From positions 1-64,000 of the IMG/VR virus record IMGVR_UViG_3300031371_000001: a DNA stretch of 64,000 nt. One strand, 5' to 3'. Position numbers and translations under genes: made by a program. Position 1 is the first letter of the stretch, and every line of letters starts with the position of its first letter. The notes under the pieces are model-generated. The model had not been told where the DNA came from and made no database searches. It was given only the letters and a program-made list of their open reading frames with translations. Origin of the DNA: a virus. Shown one piece after another: positions 25,810 to 35,141 of this stretch.

Positions 25810-26148
25810 TTAGCCCTTGATTGAGTGGGTTCCTAGAAGCGTCCGGAGAATTTCAACGTCGTGTTCCGCTTCGAGGAATCGCTTTCTTCTGGCGACGTAT
25901 TCGCGAGATTCCTTGACCTTGATTCGCCCTTTCCACTCTGCAAGCTTCGGTTCGCTTGCAAGCGCCTTCGTCAAGAAATCGGCCTTGAAGTATTCGAGAC
26001 GGAGATCGGCAACCGCGCGGTTCTTCAACGCCTCCGAAAGAAACTCGACAAGATCCCCCTTCGAGGTATCAACAGCGACACGTCGTCCTTTGCCGCCCTT
26101 TCCTTCTTCGTCGGGTTCCTTCTCGAAGACTGTTTGAAGCGTGATCAT
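25810..26148 (-). CDS. hypothetical helical protein, possibly a UvsY-like recombination mediator
   Basis: Helical ~110 aa immediately upstream of the SSB; weak resemblance only. Confidence 0.4.
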   Translation of the reverse strand: MITLQTVFEKEPDEEGKGGKGRRVAVDTSKGDLVEFLSEALKNRAVADLRLEYFKADFLTKALASEPKLAEWKGRIKVKESREYVARRKRFLEAEHDVEILRTLLGTHSIKG

Positions 26149-26444
26149 GATTTGCTCCCGGAGTGCGCTGATAGTGCCTTGTTCGCTTGCTTGGAAGAAT
26201 TGAAGTGAAGCACCTTGCGTGCCTCGACGTGGACTTCTTCATCGCCAAGCATCAACGTCCGCTCCGCATAGTCGCGCGCCGTGAATCTTCCGAAGCCTCG
26301 AATCCTGACTTCTCCGTGCTTTCGGATCAGAAGAACGATAGCGGAGAAGACCCGCTTGACATCGCCCATTCCGAGATCCGCGGCCTTTGCCAGTTCTTCA
26401 ACGCCAACGAATGACGGCGCCGGCTTGCGTTCCTTGTTCTTCAT
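26145..26444 (-). CDS. HU/IHF-like DNA-binding protein
   Basis: EELAKAA...GEVRIRGFGRF...R...ARKVLHF. Confidence 0.85.
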   Translation of the reverse strand: MKNKERKPAPSFVGVEELAKAADLGMGDVKRVFSAIVLLIRKHGEVRIRGFGRFTARDYAERTLMLGDEEVHVEARKVLHFNSSKQANKALSAHSGSKS

Positions 26445-26466
26445 GGCTACTTACCTCCTATGGAAA

Positions 26467-29079
26467 TCATGCCTTCCGTATTCGTTGGAAGATCACGGAA
26501 CGTTTCCCGTCCCGCATTTCCTTTTTGATTTTCAGTTTGACGGGATCTCCGTATCGGATCCTTTCGTCCTTCACGTCGATCCAGCTTGACGAAAAGCAAA
26601 CGCCGTCCGCCGCCTTGCCCGGTCCCTGGACCGTAACGAAAGCCATTTCGTTGCCGTTCTTATCGTTGATCGTCCGGGCGCCGGCGTAGATCCGAAGCCC
26701 CCGGGGAAGTTCCTTGCGGATTATCAGTTCCCAATAGTCGAGGTCCGCCCCTTCTCGAAGCTTGTTGTCGAGGTCCGAAACCGACACGAGGAATTGGAGG
26801 ACGGGTGCCTTCCAGCCCCGGTGATAATGGCCGATCACGAGATCCCCTTCCATCGCTTCCGGATTGCAAGCGTTCAAAGCTTCTTCGTCCATCTTGAAGC
26901 GATTGGGTTTTATGTCCCCGCCGTCGATCGAAAGCGAACCGTAAATCCGAGTTTCGCCCTTCGAGTTGATCGATTCGTTGATCTTGCATTCCTTCAAGGC
27001 TCCGATGAAGAATCCGTCGTCCGTCTTCTCGACCCTTTCGGGTTCGACAGTCTTGACCTTGACGACACGTTCGACAAGTTCGGCCGAACGCTCCAACGGG
27101 TGAGTCCTGATCACGAATGGGTTGACCTCCGAAGCAACGTCGTTGAATTCGTCGTTGTCGAAATCGTCCTTCGCCTTCGACGCTTCAAGGAACTTCAGGA
27201 TCTTGATCTTCCCTTCTTCACTCGCCTTCAACCTCCAAAGCTTGTCGAATCGCGCCAACGTCTCGCGTGCGTTCGGGATGATCGCCTCCATCGCCCGCGC
27301 CTGAATCAACGTCGAGACAACACGCTTGTTCGCAGACGGGCAACGTTCGATGAAGTCGATCAAGTTCTTGAACGGCTGTCCCTCTTGGATTTCATCAACC
27401 GCCTTCTTCGATACGAACTTGATATCCTCCAGGGACGGGACGATCTTTCCGTCAACGACCCTGTAGACCCCGCCGGCGTTTTGCACGTTCGGCGGCTCGA
27501 ACCCGATCCCCCGGCGTTCGAGTTCCTTGACGTATGCAAGGATCTTTTCTTGCTTCGGTTCGTTCTTCATGACTGCGAGAAAAAACGCTTCGGGATAATG
27601 GACCTTCAACCATTGTGTCCAATAGGCGATCACGCTGTAAGCCGTAGCGTGGGACTTGTTGAAGCTATAGCCCCCGAACTCGCAAAGCTGATCCCAAAGC
27701 CCCTCCGCGCGATCGCCTCGCATCCCGGCGCCCATTGTCGCGCCGTCAATGAACTTGCCAGCGTATTCACGCAAGGCGTCCGCCCCCTTGGACTTGCCGA
27801 TTAACTTTCGCACCTTGTCGGCTTCTTCCGGCGTGAAGCCGCCCAACTCGCGGCAAAGCTTGATAACGTGTTCCTGAAAGACGGGAACCCCCAACGTGTC
27901 AGCCGTGATCGAATCATAGACGGGATGCAACGATTCGATCTTTTCAGGATCCGCGTTTCGTTCGAGGTAGGCTTGTGCGAGTCCGCTTCGAGCGGTCCCA
28001 GGACGATCAAGGCTTGTCATCGCAACGATCACGTCAAAGTCCGTGAACTCGACTCCGCGGCAAAGCGCGATCGCTGAAGGTGAATCGAACTGGAAGACCC
28101 CAATCATATCGCCAGCCGTGAAAGCGTCGAGTGTCGGCCGGTCGTCAAGGTCGATCTTCGTCAAGTCGATTTTGTCCCCCGTCATTGCGTGCGCCACTTC
28201 GATCGCGTCCTTCACGATCGAAAGCGTCCGCAAGCCGAGAAGATCAAGCTTCAGCAATCCGCAATCCTGGACACCCCACATATCAAAAGCCGTGACAGCT
28301 TCACCGTCGCGCGCCTCGATAGGTGTGATCCTCGACAACGGAACCGGCGACACGACGACACCCGCCGCGTGGACTCCAAGGTTTCGGACGTGCCCCTCGA
28401 TCACTTCGGCGTATTCGAGAACATCCGGGTATTTGTCAAGGAAGGCTTGGACGTGTTCGCTTGCATCGGCCGACATCGCAAGCGGAACCTTCGGATCTAT
28501 CGCTTCGGAAACCTTGTTCACTTCGTCCAGACTGATCAGCATGACGCGCCCTAGATCCCTGACTAGAAGGCGTGCGCCCATTTTGTTTACAGTGCCGACC
28601 CTGGCAACACGATCGCGCCCGTATCGTTCCGACAAGTAGCCGATCAATTCGTCGCGGCGCCTGTCCTCGAAGTCGAGGTCAACGTCCGGAAGATCGATCC
28701 GTCCGGGAGCAAGGAACCGTTCGAACAACAGATCATGCCGAATGGGATCAACGTCCGTCACTCCAAGCAAGTAGAGGATCAGCGAACCGGCGGCGCTTCC
28801 ACGTCCCGGTCCTACCAGGATCCCGCGGCGCTTCGCCTCCGCGACAAGATCACGGATGATCAGGAAGTAATCGATCACCCCGCGCCTGTCGATTTCCTTG
28901 ATCTCGTGTCGAAGCCTTTTCGTGTAGACCTTCAGGATCTTCGACTTCGGGACGCCGCGCCGCCCGCCAAGCGCCTCCGCGCGCGTCGGAATCTCGCGTT
29001 CCTTCCAGCCTAACTCGCAAAGGTATTCGAGATAATGGAGGTTCCGCTCCCGCTCGATCGTCACTGTTTCACTTTTCAT
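26467..29079 (-). CDS. dnaE: DNA polymerase III alpha, catalytic part (palm/fingers/HhH/OB), lacking PHP
   Basis: GPGRGSAAGS, LLFERF, PDVDLD, HAAGVV, KLDLLGL, YSFNKSH; ATG 29079 overlaps the upstream stop (ATGA). Confidence 0.93.
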   Translation of the reverse strand: MKSETVTIERERNLHYLEYLCELGWKEREIPTRAEALGGRRGVPKSKILKVYTKRLRHEIKEIDRRGVIDYFLIIRDLVAEAKRRGILVGPGRGSAAGSLILYLLGVTDVDPIRHDLLFERFLAPGRIDLPDVDLDFEDRRRDELIGYLSERYGRDRVARVGTVNKMGARLLVRDLGRVMLISLDEVNKVSEAIDPKVPLAMSADASEHVQAFLDKYPDVLEYAEVIEGHVRNLGVHAAGVVVSPVPLSRITPIEARDGEAVTAFDMWGVQDCGLLKLDLLGLRTLSIVKDAIEVAHAMTGDKIDLTKIDLDDRPTLDAFTAGDMIGVFQFDSPSAIALCRGVEFTDFDVIVAMTSLDRPGTARSGLAQAYLERNADPEKIESLHPVYDSITADTLGVPVFQEHVIKLCRELGGFTPEEADKVRKLIGKSKGADALREYAGKFIDGATMGAGMRGDRAEGLWDQLCEFGGYSFNKSHATAYSVIAYWTQWLKVHYPEAFFLAVMKNEPKQEKILAYVKELERRGIGFEPPNVQNAGGVYRVVDGKIVPSLEDIKFVSKKAVDEIQEGQPFKNLIDFIERCPSANKRVVSTLIQARAMEAIIPNARETLARFDKLWRLKASEEGKIKILKFLEASKAKDDFDNDEFNDVASEVNPFVIRTHPLERSAELVERVVKVKTVEPERVEKTDDGFFIGALKECKINESINSKGETRIYGSLSIDGGDIKPNRFKMDEEALNACNPEAMEGDLVIGHYHRGWKAPVLQFLVSVSDLDNKLREGADLDYWELIIRKELPRGLRIYAGARTINDKNGNEMAFVTVQGPGKAADGVCFSSSWIDVKDERIRYGDPVKLKIKKEMRDGKRSVIFQRIRKA

Positions 29080-30125
29080 TCGGCCGCCCCCTTGCCGTGA
29101 CGTTCCCGACGCCACTTGTCGAAACCGTCCAACAAGCCGGGTTCGATCTCGACAGCCGGGAGAAGGGCCGCGAATTTATCGACCTTGAAGGTTGCGTTGC
29201 AACGTTCCCCGATTTCATCGGTCGAAGCGATCGCTTCGTCTATCGCGTTCCCGTCGAGTCCTTGCGCCTCGAAACCTTCGCGCATTTCCTCCTCCGATTT
29301 CATCCAGTATTCGGATCCGGTGAACCGAAACCGCTTCGGTGAAATCAGGTTCCCGTGTGTCGTGATCGCAAGCAACGCTTCGTGAGCCGCCGAGTCGCCG
29401 GGTTCGGTGTAATGCGCGTCCTGAGTTGCTACCAGGGGGAGATCGTATCGGCGCGCGATCTTCACAAGCCCCTGATTCGCCTTCGCCAAATCCTCCCCAA
29501 GCGATACGTGGGGCATGATTTCGAGGTATAGCCTAGAATCTCCGTAAATAGCCCGTAGACGCTCCAAGTGTCGAAGGGCTGTCCTTGCGCGTCCCTCCCT
29601 GAGTTCGCGCGCCACGGGGCCAATGGGACAGCCTGACAGGCAAACGACGCCTTCGGAGTAGTCCTCCAGGATCCCGAAGTCGAGTCGGGGCCGCTTGAAG
29701 GCGAATCCGTCGATCCATCCCCGGGAGGAAAGCTGGAAAAGGTTGGAAAGTCCTTCGTCGTTCTCGGCTAGAAGCGTCAGGTGATAGCGCGGCCGGATCC
29801 CAAGCTTAATTTCCGCCTGATACGTCGCCTCCCGCTGTTGCGACCTCGGGAAGCTCGCCTTGATTTGCTCCGACACGTCCGGGGGAAGTTCTTTCGTGAA
29901 CCTGTCGTTTGCAAGATAAGCTTCGAAACCGAAGATAGGCTTGATCCCGATCTCCGAAAGCGTCTCGTTTTGATTGCGGACTCCACGCATCGATCCATGT
30001 TCAGTGAAGGCGATCGCCGTATGTCCAAGCGACTTCGCCTTTTCACCGAATCGCTTTTGCGAACCGCAACCGTCGAGGATCGAGTATTCGGAATGAACGT
30101 GCAAATGGATCAAAGGATCCTCCAT
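29076..30125 (-). CDS. dnaE: DNA polymerase III alpha PHP domain encoded as a separate gene
   Basis: HLHVHSEYSILDG, TEHG, IKPIFGFEAY, HLTLLA, LSGC, YLEIMPH, ATQDAHY. Confidence 0.92.
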   Translation of the reverse strand: MEDPLIHLHVHSEYSILDGCGSQKRFGEKAKSLGHTAIAFTEHGSMRGVRNQNETLSEIGIKPIFGFEAYLANDRFTKELPPDVSEQIKASFPRSQQREATYQAEIKLGIRPRYHLTLLAENDEGLSNLFQLSSRGWIDGFAFKRPRLDFGILEDYSEGVVCLSGCPIGPVARELREGRARTALRHLERLRAIYGDSRLYLEIMPHVSLGEDLAKANQGLVKIARRYDLPLVATQDAHYTEPGDSAAHEALLAITTHGNLISPKRFRFTGSEYWMKSEEEMREGFEAQGLDGNAIDEAIASTDEIGERCNATFKVDKFAALLPAVEIEPGLLDGFDKWRRERHGKGAAE

Positions 30126-30556
30126 TCGTCCAGGAAGAACGGTTCGGGAAGGGTCGGAAGCTCAATCACCCCAACGTCAACAAGCCTCCGGATCATCCTC
30201 GCCGCTTCCTTCGCCTCGCAAGCCGTGAATTTGACAAGTGTTCGATATCGCTTTTTCCTATCGCGAGTCGCCTTCAATGGTGCCGCGTGTTTTGAGACTC
30301 CACTAAACCTATATGGCAAATACATTAGAATCCGATCACCATCGAACCATAACGAAAGGAAAGCGGAGGGTGGATGGGTTCCACCGTTCAAGATCGTGAC
30401 GGTTCGCGCGTGCTGTTCCCCAAGGTGATCCTTGATCCAGAATTGCCCCGTGACGTCGAACCCCTCCTTCGCGAAGCAACGTCCGGGGAATAGTTGTCGG
30501 AATTCCTCCAGGAAGATCGCAACCGCTCGAAGCGCCGCTTCACTCTGATTCGACAA
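30110..30556 (-). CDS. hypothetical protein
   Basis: Fills the gap between the sigma-like gene and PHP; probable TTG start 30556 after GAGGAGG. Confidence 0.55.
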   Translation of the reverse strand: MSNQSEAALRAVAIFLEEFRQLFPGRCFAKEGFDVTGQFWIKDHLGEQHARTVTILNGGTHPPSAFLSLWFDGDRILMYLPYRFSGVSKHAAPLKATRDRKKRYRTLVKFTACEAKEAARMIRRLVDVGVIELPTLPEPFFLDEWRIL

Positions 30557-31034
30557 TGCGCCGCGCCTCCTCGATAGAACGAATGATCGCGGCGACAGAA
30601 ACGCCAAGATGCCGCGAGAGATCCAAGTATGAAGGGACTGTCGGAATCGGCTTGTCGACACGTTCGTAATAGTCGGACATTGCGCGCGGATCGAGTCGGA
30701 GTTTGATCACCTCCCGTGCCTCCGATGAGAGCGATTCGATCACTTCGTTGACGAAGACCTCCCCTTCAACGTCCGTCGCTTCGTCCTTCGGATCGTAGAA
30801 GTATCTAAAGTCCGAAAACTTGTGAAATGGGATCACGCCTCCCTCCGGATAGCGTTTCTTCGCGCGTTCCCTTTCGATGATCATTCCGAGTGCGTTTCGA
30901 ACCGTCCGGTTCCTGTATCCGGCCGGCTTGGATGCAACCGGGAGTTCGGCAAGTGCCGCCTCCTGTTCGAGATCCTCACTGTCGATTCCGTGTCCATAAG
31001 GGATGTAAAATCCCCGTGCCTTTCGTGCCATCAT
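30540..31034 (-). CDS. sigma-70-like phage transcription factor
   Basis: EDLEQEAALA (region 2-like); IESLSSEAREVIKLR...SYLDLSRHLGVS (region 4 HTH). Confidence 0.7.
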   Translation of the reverse strand: MMARKARGFYIPYGHGIDSEDLEQEAALAELPVASKPAGYRNRTVRNALGMIIERERAKKRYPEGGVIPFHKFSDFRYFYDPKDEATDVEGEVFVNEVIESLSSEAREVIKLRLDPRAMSDYYERVDKPIPTVPSYLDLSRHLGVSVAAIIRSIEEARRIVESE

Positions 31035-31049
31035 TTCCTCCGTTGTTCC

Positions 31050-32900
31050 CTACCTACCAAGCGCGCGCCGAAGCTTACGGAACAGGACCCCCGGCAGTTG
31101 CGAGAGATCGTCCACGGTAACGGCGTTCTTGTAATAGTTCGTGATCCCACTATACCGAAGTCCGATCGCGATCACCTCGACGCCCTTGTGATTGTCGATC
31201 CAGCCGGTGATCCGCTTCAAGTGCTGTTGCTGTTTCGTATCAGGTCCACAAATAGGCGATCCGTCCGACAGGACGAAAAGCACCTTGCGCGCCTCCGGGC
31301 GATGAAGAAGACGCTTCGCCGCCCACTCGACGGCTTCGCCGTCGCCGTTCTCGCAATCGGCTTGCGCCGATCCAAGCCGCGTCTTCTCGGTTTCCCATGA
31401 TTCCCCGAACGCCTTGTAAACGTTGAACCGGAAAGGGAGGGTCCTGTCGTATCCGTCGCGGCTCGGCGGCGTACCGCTGTAAACGTTCGTGAATCCGTTG
31501 ATCTCGAACTTGATCCCGATCTGATTCAGCGCCCGGGAAAGTGCGACGACGGCGGCGATCGTGTCGTCCATGTCCCCTGACATCGAACCCGATTCGTCAA
31601 TCAGGATCCCGACCGCTGTATCGGCATAACCGATTTCCCGCTTGTCGTCCCTCTTGAAAACCTTCGTGTTGAACCGGGCAAGCCTCGCAAGCTTCGTCCT
31701 ATCGATCTTCCCATGACGAAGCCCGTAATCCGTCGAGTGATCCGTTGACAGGAGGACAAGACGAAGGCGGCTGGCAAGTGCGCCAACAATCTTCTTCGCC
31801 TTTTCGTCACGAACCCTGAATCTCGCAACGTTCTTCGGCGCCCTGACGATCCTATCGTTTTGGAGTGCGATCGGATGGGTCGAGTAGACCCCGCGTGTTT
31901 CCTCCTCTGCAATCCGCTTCGTTTCTTTGTGAAAGGTCCCGGTTTCTCCGTCCGAACCGGACGCGGCCTTCAGCGCCTTGATCAATCCGGCCAGATTTTC
32001 GGCTTCCTCCTTCGTCAGCTTGATCGCCTTCCCGCCGCTCGCCGCTTCGCCTTCCTTCCCCTCGGAAGCCTCGACGCCAGCCGCGGAACCGCCTTCGCCT
32101 TCCTCCCCTTCGCCTTCGCCGTCCCCGCCGATCGTGATCACAAGGTCCCCCTCCGCTTCGTCGGCGGCCTTGCGCGCCTCCTCCGCTTCATCCCCCATTT
32201 CCTCCAGCCGATCGCAAAGCTCGATCGCAAGATCAAGCGTGTCGTCCGTCCAACGCGATTCTTTAGCCCGGGGAATGAAGTCGGAAAGATGCTCGATAAC
32301 GAAGGCCGCTCCCGCCTGAAGGATTTCATTCTTCGACTCACGAAGCGACGGCGACAGCGCCTCCGCGATGAAAGCCTTTCCAACGGCGTCGGCAAATTCG
32401 GGTGGCTTCGGCTCCGCTTCCAACTTCTCGATCATGAAGAAGCGAGTTCGAGTTAGGTTGACGTGGACACCGGCCCAACGCTTCATTCCCTCCGTCTCGA
32501 TCGATACGTCCTCCAAGACGTTCAACCACATTGGGAGGATCCCGTATTTCTCCGGGTTCGATTTCTTCAATTCGTCGGCCCGCTTCGCGCAAGCCTCCCA
32601 GGTTGCTGACTTCCTCTTGATCGCGTTCTTCAACGCCTTTTCGTTTCGGAGGACGTGCAACCATTCGTGATCGAGTTCCCCGTCAACGATCCACCGTTCG
32701 GCGTACATTTTCGGGAGCGTGATCGTTGAAGTCGTGTCAGTGTAACAGCCCGTCCCGAAGTTCACCTTGATCCCTGTGTTCTTCGAGAACACTCGCGCGA
32801 TCTTCTCGCAATACCTTTCATCAACTTTCTTGCGATAGTGATCGCCAACGTCGATCGTCAGTTCGGAAGGAAGCGGGGTTTCCATCGTTGCGGCCGACAT
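31050..32900 (-). CDS. CobT-like VWA-domain protein (AAA+ partner)
   Basis: DHEWLH and NVLED N-domain, acidic Gly/Glu linker, MIDAS DESGS, LSDG.P. Confidence 0.85.
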   Translation of the reverse strand: MSAATMETPLPSELTIDVGDHYRKKVDERYCEKIARVFSKNTGIKVNFGTGCYTDTTSTITLPKMYAERWIVDGELDHEWLHVLRNEKALKNAIKRKSATWEACAKRADELKKSNPEKYGILPMWLNVLEDVSIETEGMKRWAGVHVNLTRTRFFMIEKLEAEPKPPEFADAVGKAFIAEALSPSLRESKNEILQAGAAFVIEHLSDFIPRAKESRWTDDTLDLAIELCDRLEEMGDEAEEARKAADEAEGDLVITIGGDGEGEGEEGEGGSAAGVEASEGKEGEAASGGKAIKLTKEEAENLAGLIKALKAASGSDGETGTFHKETKRIAEEETRGVYSTHPIALQNDRIVRAPKNVARFRVRDEKAKKIVGALASRLRLVLLSTDHSTDYGLRHGKIDRTKLARLARFNTKVFKRDDKREIGYADTAVGILIDESGSMSGDMDDTIAAVVALSRALNQIGIKFEINGFTNVYSGTPPSRDGYDRTLPFRFNVYKAFGESWETEKTRLGSAQADCENGDGEAVEWAAKRLLHRPEARKVLFVLSDGSPICGPDTKQQQHLKRITGWIDNHKGVEVIAIGLRYSGITNYYKNAVTVDDLSQLPGVLFRKLRRALGR

Positions 32901-32901
32901 C

Positions 32902-34059
32902 TTACAGGCTCCCCGGGATATGGCGCTGAATCACCCCGTCCACGAAGTCCCTGTCCTCCGTCAGCCTGTCCAGGACGGAAAGCTTCGACGCAAGCTTGAA
33001 GTTCTTGAGATCCTGAATCGAGCGCCCCCACGCAATCAGCTTGCGAGTCGAGAACGTGCAAGCGCAATCTTCGTTCTTGAATCCCTGTCGAACGTCGCGC
33101 GCGATCTTGACCATTTTGGAAGCCAGCTTCGGATCGACTCCAAGCTTCTTCAGGATCTCGACCTCGACCTCCTCCGAAGGGTATTCGGTGCGGTAGACCC
33201 TGAAGCGATCGATCGAAGCTTCGTTCAGGATATGGGTTCCGTCGTAAACGACGCCTCCCTCCCCCTTGCCGACCGTGTTCCCGGTTGCAAGGATCCGAAA
33301 CAGCTTGTGCGGCACGATGATCTCGCCCGTGTTCGGAACGGTGAAGTAGCCGTCATTCAAGATTTGCTGAAGGCAAAGGATCGTTCCGCTCGAAGCGGCG
33401 TCCATTTCGTCGCAGATCAACCAGGACCCTTCGATCATCGCCTTGATCAAGATTCCCGGCTTGAAGGTCGTAACCGGGGCGCCGTCCTTCACGTCGATCG
33501 CGTCCTCCCCGATGAAGTGCGATCCGTCCGTGTCGTGTGAAAGGGAAATGTGGCGAATGGGCTGATTCACCATCGCCGCAACCTCCTTCAACAAGGACGT
33601 CTTCCCGCAACCCGTGTCCCCGACAAGGTACAGGGCTTGCTTCGTGCGAATGCAATACGCGATCACCTCCAACCGTTCGTCGTTCGGGTCAACGACGTAT
33701 CCGGGATCGTGCTTCGGGATGAAAGGGTGATCGTCCGCCTTGCGGATCTTCAAGGACTGCGATCCGAAGTAAAGACGATCATTCTCGAAGTCGGGATCGA
33801 CAGGGTGGATATCGTCCGCTTCCGCGGCAAGAGCATTCGCCGCCGCGCGCGAAGCCGTCGCCGTCGCCTTACCCTGATTCTTGAAGGGATTGAATTCGTC
33901 CCTCAGACCGTCCGCCAAGATCGGGGCGTCCGGGAACTTCGCTCGATAGTCGTCCGCCGTGATCCCGTGCTTGCTGTTGAGGTGAACGGGAAGCGCCTTG
34001 AAGTGTCTGCCGCAGATTCGGCAAACGATCTTCCCGTCCGTCGTCGTTGTCGTGTCCAT
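32902..34059 (-). CDS. CobS/MoxR-like AAA+ ATPase with an N-terminal Ros/MucR-like zinc finger
   Basis: CRICG..FKAL..HL..KHG.T.DDYR.KF; GDTGCGKT, ICDEMD, ATGNT, DRF, STRKL. Confidence 0.88.
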   Translation of the reverse strand: MDTTTTTDGKIVCRICGRHFKALPVHLNSKHGITADDYRAKFPDAPILADGLRDEFNPFKNQGKATATASRAAANALAAEADDIHPVDPDFENDRLYFGSQSLKIRKADDHPFIPKHDPGYVVDPNDERLEVIAYCIRTKQALYLVGDTGCGKTSLLKEVAAMVNQPIRHISLSHDTDGSHFIGEDAIDVKDGAPVTTFKPGILIKAMIEGSWLICDEMDAASSGTILCLQQILNDGYFTVPNTGEIIVPHKLFRILATGNTVGKGEGGVVYDGTHILNEASIDRFRVYRTEYPSEEVEVEILKKLGVDPKLASKMVKIARDVRQGFKNEDCACTFSTRKLIAWGRSIQDLKNFKLASKLSVLDRLTEDRDFVDGVIQRHIPGSL

Positions 34060-34100
34060 TGAACCCTCCGTTGTTCCGTTGTTTCCCATAACCTACTAAC

Positions 34101-34129
34101 CTTATAGCCTGTTACCTTTCGAGAGTCAA
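34101..34129 (-). promoter_or_regulatory. sigma70-type promoter P4 with degenerate operator
   Basis: TTGACT-N17-TATAAG; spacer CGAAAGGTAACA in the same register; GGAACAACGGAGG leader. Confidence 0.75.
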
Positions 34130-34196
34130 GCCGAAAAGCCGATTACTATACGTTTATAGCCTAAATGTACGAAATGGTTAGGAATTCGGAAGGTAG

Positions 34197-35141
34197 CTAG
34201 TAGCTGATTCCGGACAGTTTCGCGAGAATCCAGCTTCGATCCGCGGCCTCGATAGGCGCCGCGCCGCGTATCCGTTCGGCAAGTTCGGCTTCCTCGTGAT
34301 CGTCGGGATCGCCTTCCTTCAACAATGCACAAGTGACCGGGAGGATCGATTGCAGTTGCGCGGCGATTTGGCGTGCTTCCAACCATGCGTCGGAATCGAG
34401 CATAACGACAAGCCGGGACAATTTCAGTTCCTTGATCCTTCGTCGTTGCGTCCGTCCAAGCCCCTTTCCCAACAAGGCAAGCGGGGTGAATCCGGCTTGA
34501 TAGACTCGCAACGCATCGAACGGACCTTCGACAAGAACGGCCGACTTGCGCGCCCTGGCGAATTGCCAACCAAGGAGGAAACGGCGCCCGTTGCCTTCGT
34601 CAACTTCGGGACCGATATATCCTGGCCGCATTCCCGGCAACGCGGCGCGCGCAACGAAGGTCGATTCGTCGCCACTGACGACAGGGATCACAATTCGATC
34701 CTTGTATCTTCCGCGTTGACAGAAACCGATCCCCCAATCCTTGATCGTCTTCTTCGTAACGCGACGGCGCTTCAAGTAAGTTGGGATCCTCCAGCGTCCC
34801 TCCTCGAAGCACGGGATGAATTCCGGAGGAAGCTCGATCTTCACTTCTTCATCGGGTTCTTCCTCGATCGTTCTCTTGAAATCGAGCGAACGGATACCGT
34901 CCGACTTGATTTCGATCAAGGCTTCTGAATACGTCATGCCGGCAAGTTCGGCGTACAACTTCGGGAGGTCCCCGCTTTCGTTGCACTTGAAACAGATCCA
35001 AAGACCAGTCGAAGCCGAAGCGTAAAGGTGCCTTCTCGAATCGCAATAGGGGCAACGGTCAATGATGATCTGGCCGCTTCCCGTCTTCTTCCAAGACCAT
35101 TCCGCAAGGAAGGCTTCGATGATATCGGCGTCCGCCTTCAT
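34197..35141 (-). CDS. DNA primase (Zn finger + TOPRIM)
   Basis: CPYC...H.....CFKC; RIVIP; VEGPFD; LDSD; DP. Confidence 0.9.
   Translation of the reverse strand: MKADADIIEAFLAEWSWKKTGSGQIIIDRCPYCDSRRHLYASASTGLWICFKCNESGDLPKLYAELAGMTYSEALIEIKSDGIRSLDFKRTIEEEPDEEVKIELPPEFIPCFEEGRWRIPTYLKRRRVTKKTIKDWGIGFCQRGRYKDRIVIPVVSGDESTFVARAALPGMRPGYIGPEVDEGNGRRFLLGWQFARARKSAVLVEGPFDALRVYQAGFTPLALLGKGLGRTQRRRIKELKLSRLVVMLDSDAWLEARQIAAQLQSILPVTCALLKEGDPDDHEEAELAERIRGAAPIEAADRSWILAKLSGISY

Noticed and set aside
29040-29130. Split intein or intron in dnaE
   Set aside because: No C/S-start or HN-C intein motifs and no intervening sequence; the genes overlap by 4 nt.
31050-34059. cobS/cobT as cobalamin auxiliary metabolic genes
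   Set aside because: No cobN or other cob genes are present; the motifs only support a generic MoxR AAA+/VWA pair.
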